Assembly: GCA_965223505.1 (NCBI GenBank)
Contig: CBDCWP010000009.1
Span: 13,233 to 77,232 of the forward strand
Length of the DNA stretch: 64,000 nt
Origin: Planctomycetota bacterium
GTDB taxonomy: Bacteria; Planctomycetota; PLA2; JAEUHO01
Reading direction: 5' to 3'
Below, in pieces: positions 58,286 through 64,000 of the stretch. Within the stretch, counting starts at the first letter, position 1. Every line of letters starts with the position of its first letter. The notes under the pieces are model-generated. The model was not told the DNA's origin, did not search any database, and saw only the letters and a list, made by a program, of their open reading frames with translations. Made by a program: the position numbers and the translations under genes.

Positions 58286-59095
58286 CTACTCGTCGCCGGA
58301 CTCTTCGGCCGGAGCGACCTCGACCTCGCCGCCTTCACCGGCGTCGTCCGGGACTTCGCAGTCCTTGTTGCGGCGCCACTCCCAGCGGCAGGGCTCGACC
58401 TGGCGCTTGCGCACGACGGTCTTGTACTTGGCCGGGACCTGCTCGGTCTCGTAGTAGCCGGCCTTCGTGCAGACCTGCTCTTCGACCGTCTTGAACTTCG
58501 CGGGGATCGTCTCGGTCTCGGTGCGAGCCGGCGTCACCATCACGCGTTTGGTCACGGTCTTGTACTTGGCCGGAATCTCGACCAGCATCCAGCAGTCACC
58601 CTGCTTCTGGCCCTCTTCGAGCATCTTCGGCGTGCAGTCGACCTTGCGCCACTCGGTGCGCGCCGGGCAGCAGCAAACCTGCTCTTCCTGATTCTCGTAG
58701 ACGGCGGGAATCGTGGTGCACTTCTGCTGCGCCGGCTGGCAGCACACCTGACGCGTGCGCGTCTCGTACTGCGGCGGAACCCAGGTCTTCTTGCAGCCCG
58801 CGGGCTCACATATGACCTGCTCTTCGTACTCCTCGAACTTGGCGGGGATGAAGATGCGACACCAGGCCTCACCGGCCTTGGCCTCTTCCGGGATCCCGTC
58901 GGGACGCCGGCTCGAGCACGGATCGCAGTCATCGCAGGGATCGCACGGGTCGCAGTCGGTCCCGCACGGATCGATGTCGATGTCGCACAGATCAATGTCA
59001 CACGGATCGAAATCACACGGGTCCCAACCGCAGCATCCCGCCGCGAGGGTCCCACAGACCGCTACGACGAGCATGGTCTTCAAAGCGTTGGCCAT
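58286..59095 (-). CDS. Cysteine-rich lipoprotein with DPC head and six 23-aa PAxY repeats; paralog of 48438..49580
   Basis: AAGGAGG RBS; LAAGCC lipobox; 26 Cys in 269 aa; shares GEAWCR and RWEWRRNxDCEVP with the paralog. Confidence 0.8.
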   Translation of the reverse strand: MANALKTMLVVAVCGTLAAGCCGWDPCDFDPCDIDLCDIDIDPCGTDCDPCDPCDDCDPCSSRRPDGIPEEAKAGEAWCRIFIPAKFEEYEEQVICEPAGCKKTWVPPQYETRTRQVCCQPAQQKCTTIPAVYENQEEQVCCCPARTEWRKVDCTPKMLEEGQKQGDCWMLVEIPAKYKTVTKRVMVTPARTETETIPAKFKTVEEQVCTKAGYYETEQVPAKYKTVVRKRQVEPCRWEWRRNKDCEVPDDAGEGGEVEVAPAEESGDE

Positions 59096-59359
59096 CGAAA
59101 AACCTCCTTGGTAGGACCAACCCCCGCCGAATCACGCCGTCTTTACGCGAGCTCCGGTCTTGAGCGGGGCGCATCGCCGCACCAGCGCGACGAGAAACGA
59201 GCACCACCCGCGGGGACTGCCCTTGAATCCTCAGCGAGAAGTCTACCGATCGGGGCTCTTTCGAAGCCCGTTTTTTGGTTCCCGCGTACGCCTTTCGCGG
59301 CATGCTTTCGCGTTGTTGGCGCATTCTGACCCGCTGCGGCGCCGTCGGCCTCGTCCGAA

Positions 59360-59376
59360 TGTCACGTCTTTGTCAC
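59360..59376. promoter_or_regulatory. TGTCAC direct repeat with 11-bp period (OmpR/PhoB-type site)
   Basis: TGTCAC-GTCTT-TGTCAC in the divergent intergenic region. Confidence 0.4.
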
Positions 59377-59466
59377 AACCGCGCTGGTGGCGGCCTGGCG
59401 TCGAATGCCGGACGGCGACCCGGAGCGGGTAGGCTGTCGGCGCCGTAACCACGCAGGGGCCCTCGC

Positions 59467-59736
59467 ATGGAGCAGCACGTCGTCCGCCTCACGGATCTCA
59501 CCGGCTGGACCTACCTCGGCGGCGACGACGAGGCCAAGAAGCCGATCGAGCTGGTCGTCCGCGCGTTCGAACACGACGTTCTGGGCGCCGTCGGCGACGG
59601 CGCCGGCGCCCCCACGACCGATCCGCTGGTCGTGCCGGTCGGCGAGGGACGCCGGCTCGAGGGCAAGCACTTCTTCGTCAAGCCGGCGCCCCCCGCGCGC
59701 GCCTGTCTCATCTCGCACCGCGGACTGCTCGAGTGA
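59467..59736 (+). CDS. Small hypothetical protein (89 aa)
   Basis: Purine-rich RBS, GC3-biased codons, GTGA overlap with the TolC start. Confidence 0.55.
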   Translation: MEQHVVRLTDLTGWTYLGGDDEAKKPIELVVRAFEHDVLGAVGDGAGAPTTDPLVVPVGEGRRLEGKHFFVKPAPPARACLISHRGLLE

Positions 59737-61457
59737 CGCACCGCCTGCCGATCCGGCGGCGCGCGCTGAAGTGCATCGGCTGCTCGCTCGCGCTCGCACT
59801 GTTGACCCTCGGCGCGTGCCGAGCGCCGACGAAGAAGGCCGCCGATCGCGAGGTCTATCGCATCCTCGCGGCGAAGCGCGCGTTGGTTCCCGAGCTGGTC
59901 GGCACGCTCGACATCGAGGCCAAGCGACGACTCACCAAGGCCGCGCGCGAACGCACGCGCTACGAGCTCACGTTGGACGACGCGGTCTCGCTGGCGATGC
60001 TCACGTCGCGCGACTTTCAACGCCAACGCGAGGACGTCTATATCGCCGCGCTCGATCTGACCGCGGTCATCAACGACTACTGCGGCGTGCTGACCGGCGG
60101 CGGCCTCGGCGAGCTGTCGTTCGACGAGGACGGGACCACGCTCGACGTCGACGGCGACCTGACGCTCTCGCGCGCGTTCAAGACGGGCGGCCTGGCGATC
60201 GTCGGCGTGACGCTGGACATCTTGCGCAACCTGACGGGGAGTCCGCTCACGGTCGCACAACACATCATCACAGCGGACATCGTCTTGCCGTTGGCGCGCG
60301 GGTCCGGCGAGCTCGTCGGACGCGAACCGTTGCGCCAGGCCGAACGCAATGTGCTCTATGCGCTTCGAAGCTACGCCCGCTTTCAGCAGGAGCTGCGTGT
60401 CGACATCGCGTCGCAGTTCTATCGCGCGCTGCAGTCGCGCATCACCTGGCAAAACGAAGAGCTGGCCTATGAGAGTCTCACGCTGCTCATCGACGAGCAG
60501 AACGACAAGGCCAAGGCCGGGACGATTCCGAAGTTCGAGGTGGACGAGGCGCAGCAGGATCTGCTCGACGGCGACGACGACCGCCAGCGCGCACGCGCGG
60601 ACTTCGAGAGCGCGCTCGACAGCTTGAAATTCTCCCTCGGCATCCCCACGACCGTGGAGATCGTCCTGCGCAACGACGATCTCGAAGCGTTGCGCGCATC
60701 CGGGCCGCAGCCGAATCCCTTCCCGCTCGAAGAGGCCCTGGTGCTCGCGGCCCGCAAGCGGCTGGACCTGATGAACGACAGGGACCGCGAGCAGGACGCG
60801 GTTCGGGGCATCTACGTCGCGGCCGACGCCCTCGGCATCCAGGTGGACCTCCTGCTCGGCGGTAGCGTCTCGACCCCGTCCGAGAAGCCCCTCGACCTCG
60901 CGAGCGCGTCGGCGAACGGCAGCTTCGGGCTCGACGTGGATCTACCCCTCAATCGCATCGCGGAGCGCAACGCCTATCGGCGCGCGATCATCGACGCGCG
61001 CCGATCGCAGCGCACCCGCGAGCGAACCCAGGACCTCGTCGATCTGCAGGTGCGGGACGTGTACCGCAACGTCGAGGCCGCCCGTCGTAGCTACGAGATC
61101 CAGCTTCAGGGCGTGGAGCTCGCGCAGAAGCGCGTCGAGAGCACCAGCCTCCTGCTGCAGCGCGGCGACGCCGACATCCGGGCTCGGCTCTTCGCGGAAG
61201 ACTCGCGCGTGCAGGCGCGCAACCGGTTGATCCGCGGGCTCGTGGACTACGCGATCGCTCGGCTCGAGCTCGAACGCGACGTCGGGACCCTCGCGGTGGT
61301 TGGCGTGGATCGCTGGACCGCGGCCGACTTCGCCGACCCGCCCCCGCCGCCTGCGATCGAGGACGACGGGCCGAACGCGCCGGGCGCGCCCCCCGCCGAA
61401 TCGTCGGATTTGGGGGATCCTCCCGCGGCGCCGGAGCGTCCAAACGGGGACCGCTAG
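59733..61457 (+). CDS. TolC-family outer-membrane efflux lipoprotein
   Basis: Lipobox LGAC; LTLDDAVSLA, LPLARG, alternating coiled-coil and beta segments, DYAIARLELERDVG. Confidence 0.85.
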   Translation: MTHRLPIRRRALKCIGCSLALALLTLGACRAPTKKAADREVYRILAAKRALVPELVGTLDIEAKRRLTKAARERTRYELTLDDAVSLAMLTSRDFQRQREDVYIAALDLTAVINDYCGVLTGGGLGELSFDEDGTTLDVDGDLTLSRAFKTGGLAIVGVTLDILRNLTGSPLTVAQHIITADIVLPLARGSGELVGREPLRQAERNVLYALRSYARFQQELRVDIASQFYRALQSRITWQNEELAYESLTLLIDEQNDKAKAGTIPKFEVDEAQQDLLDGDDDRQRARADFESALDSLKFSLGIPTTVEIVLRNDDLEALRASGPQPNPFPLEEALVLAARKRLDLMNDRDREQDAVRGIYVAADALGIQVDLLLGGSVSTPSEKPLDLASASANGSFGLDVDLPLNRIAERNAYRRAIIDARRSQRTRERTQDLVDLQVRDVYRNVEAARRSYEIQLQGVELAQKRVESTSLLLQRGDADIRARLFAEDSRVQARNRLIRGLVDYAIARLELERDVGTLAVVGVDRWTAADFADPPPPPAIEDDGPNAPGAPPAESSDLGDPPAAPERPNGDR

Positions 61458-61532
61458 GCCTCCAACCCGCGCACGCGCCGCGAGTGCGGGCTACAGTGGC
61501 GGTTCCTTCCTCGAAACGCGCGAGAACCTCCC

Positions 61533-63218
61533 ATGCGTCCCCGCCGTCGTGCGATTCCGTTGCCGCTCCTCATCGTCCTGGTGCTGATCCTCCCGATCGG
61601 CGCCGGCTTGTGGCTCTACCAGGCCGGCTGGGGCGGCGCGACCGAGAGCGACGTCCCGTTGAGCGCCCCGCTCGAGCGCCAAACGCTGCGCGTCAGCGTG
61701 CTCGAGTCCGGGAGCCTCGAGGCCCTGGAGTCCACGGTGATCGCCAGCGAGGTCGAGGGCCGCAACGCGATCCTCTACCTCGTCGAGGAGGGAACGGTCA
61801 TCACGCCCGAGGACGTCGCCGCCGGGACGATCCTCGTCAAGCTCGACAGCTCCAACCTCGAAGAGAAGCTCGAGAACCAACGCATTCAGGTCACCGCGGC
61901 CACCGAAAGCTTGAAGAATGCGGAGGCCAACCTCCGGATCCAGCAGCATCAGAATGCGAGCGACATCCGGAAGGCGGAGCAGTCGCTTCGGTTCGCGCGC
62001 ATCGACCTCGTCCGGTACATCGGCGAAGCGCTCGGCGACCAGCTTCTGGGCGTCTACGAGGAGTCACAGCGCTCGGCCGAGCCGCTCAAGGGCGCGGATC
62101 AGATCCACACGGCGCTGCACGACCTCATCGTGAGCTTGCTCGACAACCAGGCGCTCGCGGGGGAAGCGTTGCAGAAGCGCCGCGAGCTGGTCAGCAACAT
62201 CAGCCTCGCGAAGGAAGATCTGCGCCGCGCGGAGATCAAGCTCAAGTGGTCGACGGAGCTCGAGGCCAAGGGCTACATCAGCACGGAGGACCTGGAGCTC
62301 GACCGCGCCGCCGTCGACCGCAACCGTGTCGACCTCGAGCGCGCCGAGACCGCGCTCACGCAGTACAGCCGCTACGACTTCCCGAAGGAGGTCGAGCGGC
62401 TGGTCTCCGAGCTCGTCGAAGCCGACGACAACTTGGTGCGGGTGAAGTCGAAGGCGCAGTCCGCGGCCGACAAGGCCCAAGCCGAGGTGCGCTCCAAGCG
62501 CGAACAGGAGACGCTGAAGCGCCAGCGCTTCGAGAAGTACGAGGAGCAGCTCGGCAAGTGCGTCATCCGCGCGACGACACCCGGACTGGTCGTGTACGCC
62601 TCCAGCGGCCGCGAACGCCACTGGCGCGACGACGAGCGCATCCAGGAAGGCACGTCGATCCGCGAGCGACAGCAGATCATCCGCATCCCGACGCCGGGCA
62701 GTCTCGGTGCGCGCATCGCCGTCCACGAAACCGTGGTCGATCGCGTGGAGCCGGGTCTCAAGGCTTGGGTCGTGGTCGACGCGCAGCCCGACGACCGTCT
62801 CGAGGGCGTCGTCAAGTCCGTCGCCACGCTGCCCAACCCGGCCAACCGCTGGATCAACCCCGACCTGAAGGTCTACGCAACGGTGATCGAGCTCACGGGC
62901 CAGCATCCCACGCTCAAACCCGGGATGAGCGTGCAAGTCGAGATCGACCTTGCGGAGCTGACGGACGTGTTGGCGGTGCCGGTCCAGGCCGTCGGCGGAC
63001 GCTGGGACAAGCCGCGTGTCTGGGTCGCCACCGAGGACGGCCTGGAGGAACGCGAGGTCGAGCTGGGCGTGTCGAACGACCGCTACGTGGTCGTCAAGTC
63101 GGGCCTCGCCGCCGGCGAGCGCATCTCGCTCGCGCCGCCGCGCGAGCCCCAGCAGAAGAAGAAGCCCGATGACGGCGGCAAGCCGAAGCGCGGCGGGCGG
63201 AGCCCGAGCGACAAATGA
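61533..63218 (+). CDS. Periplasmic adaptor (MacA/HlyD-like) with extended coiled coil
   Basis: TM anchor; LVEEG...ILVKLD lipoyl half; IRATTPGLVVY; LKPGMS; LAVPVQAV; VELG..ND. Confidence 0.88.
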   Translation: MRPRRRAIPLPLLIVLVLILPIGAGLWLYQAGWGGATESDVPLSAPLERQTLRVSVLESGSLEALESTVIASEVEGRNAILYLVEEGTVITPEDVAAGTILVKLDSSNLEEKLENQRIQVTAATESLKNAEANLRIQQHQNASDIRKAEQSLRFARIDLVRYIGEALGDQLLGVYEESQRSAEPLKGADQIHTALHDLIVSLLDNQALAGEALQKRRELVSNISLAKEDLRRAEIKLKWSTELEAKGYISTEDLELDRAAVDRNRVDLERAETALTQYSRYDFPKEVERLVSELVEADDNLVRVKSKAQSAADKAQAEVRSKREQETLKRQRFEKYEEQLGKCVIRATTPGLVVYASSGRERHWRDDERIQEGTSIRERQQIIRIPTPGSLGARIAVHETVVDRVEPGLKAWVVVDAQPDDRLEGVVKSVATLPNPANRWINPDLKVYATVIELTGQHPTLKPGMSVQVEIDLAELTDVLAVPVQAVGGRWDKPRVWVATEDGLEEREVELGVSNDRYVVVKSGLAAGERISLAPPREPQQKKKPDDGGKPKRGGRSPSDK

Positions 63219-63898
63219 CCGTCGTCGCGGAGCTGGACGGGGTCAGCCGGATCTACGAGATGGGTTCGGTCGAGGTGCGCGCACTGGACGGCGTGTCGCT
63301 GCGCATTGAAGAGGGCGAGTACGTGGCCGTCATGGGCCAATCCGGGTCGGGCAAGTCGACGCTGCTGAACATCCTGGGGTGCCTGGATCGCCCGTCGGCA
63401 GGACACTACTTTCTCGCCGACACGGACGTGTCGGACCTGCGCGACGACGATCTTTCGCGCGAACGCAATGACCGTCTCGGCTTCATCTTCCAGGCCTACA
63501 ACCTCATCCCCCATCTCACGGTGCTCGAGAACATCGAGGTGCCGCTCGAGTACGCCGGGGTGTCGCCGCGCGAAGCGCGCGCGCGGGCGATCGAGCTCGC
63601 CGAGCGCATGGGCCTTGGTGACCGCATGAACCACAAGCCCACCGAGCTGTCCGGCGGGCAGCAGCAGCGCGTGGCCATCGCGCGGGCGCTGGCGAACCGC
63701 CCGGTCGTGTTGCTGGCCGACGAGCCGACCGGCAATCTCGACTCCACGACCGGGACCGAGATCCTCGCCCTCCTGGACGAGCTGAACGCCGACCGCGTCA
63801 CGATGATCGTCGTCACGCACGACCCCAACGTCGCCAAGCGCGCGACGCGCACGATTCACATGCTCGACGGACGCGTGGATCGAGAGGTACGGGCATGA
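63215..63898 (+). CDS. ABC ATP-binding protein (MacB/LolD-like)
   Basis: GQSGSGKST, LSGGQQQRVAIARAL, ADEPTGNLD, VTHD. Confidence 0.95.
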   Translation: MTVVAELDGVSRIYEMGSVEVRALDGVSLRIEEGEYVAVMGQSGSGKSTLLNILGCLDRPSAGHYFLADTDVSDLRDDDLSRERNDRLGFIFQAYNLIPHLTVLENIEVPLEYAGVSPREARARAIELAERMGLGDRMNHKPTELSGGQQQRVAIARALANRPVVLLADEPTGNLDSTTGTEILALLDELNADRVTMIVVTHDPNVAKRATRTIHMLDGRVDREVRA

Positions 63899-64000
63899 AG
63901 AGCCGACGCCTCGTTACGCTCGCGTGGAAGAGCCTGTGGATGCACCCGCTGCGCTCGCTCCTCACGGTGCTCGGCATCGTGTGCGGCGTGATGTCGGTCG
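63895..64000 (+). CDS. MacB-type ABC permease (partial, 5' end)
   Basis: ATGA overlap; MKSRRLVTLAWKSLWMHPLRSLLTVLGIVCGVMSV. Confidence 0.85.
   Translation, partial: MKSRRLVTLAWKSLWMHPLRSLLTVLGIVCGVMSV

Noticed and set aside
58900..59040. DPC-rich tract as a RiPP precursor or metallothionein
   Set aside because: It is the N-terminus of a larger lipoprotein, and no RiPP maturase is adjacent (TldD/PmbA is over 40 kb away). Metal binding cannot be excluded but is not supported.
160..63859. Many overlapping Arg/Ala/Pro-rich ORFs in alternative frames
   Set aside because: High-GC shadow ORFs overlapping genes that have clear family motifs.

Overview
High-GC bacterial chromosomal segment with about 55 densely packed genes and one tRNA-Leu(CAG). 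I found no integrase, transposase, prophage or CRISPR array. The gene types suggest Planctomycetota (inference): a membrane-fused ECF sigma factor, HEAT-repeat and prenyltransferase-fold exported proteins, and a lipoprotein TolC. Housekeeping content includes mutM, hemB, tkt, trkAH, tldD/pmbA, pirin, two sirtuins, a tricorn protease, and ABC and MacAB-TolC-type transporters. The most unusual region is 42.8-59.1 kb, a set of exported cysteine-rich proteins. It holds a ~1,726-aa protein with Cys-substituted SdrD-B/Cna-B repeats; a lipoprotein joining a Chlamydia OmcA-like CC-EDPC head, a 23-aa PAxY repeat region and an OmcB/DUF11-like C-terminal domain; an adjacent exported CxxC thioredoxin-fold protein; and a second paralogous lipoprotein. 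Together these suggest a disulfide-cross-linked envelope layer (hypothesis). Other notable items are an apparently catalytically degenerate exonuclease III coupled to mutM, a candidate ECF-driven small RNA, a REP-like element and an operator in the pirin promoter. All calls come from motifs read by eye; no database searches were run.
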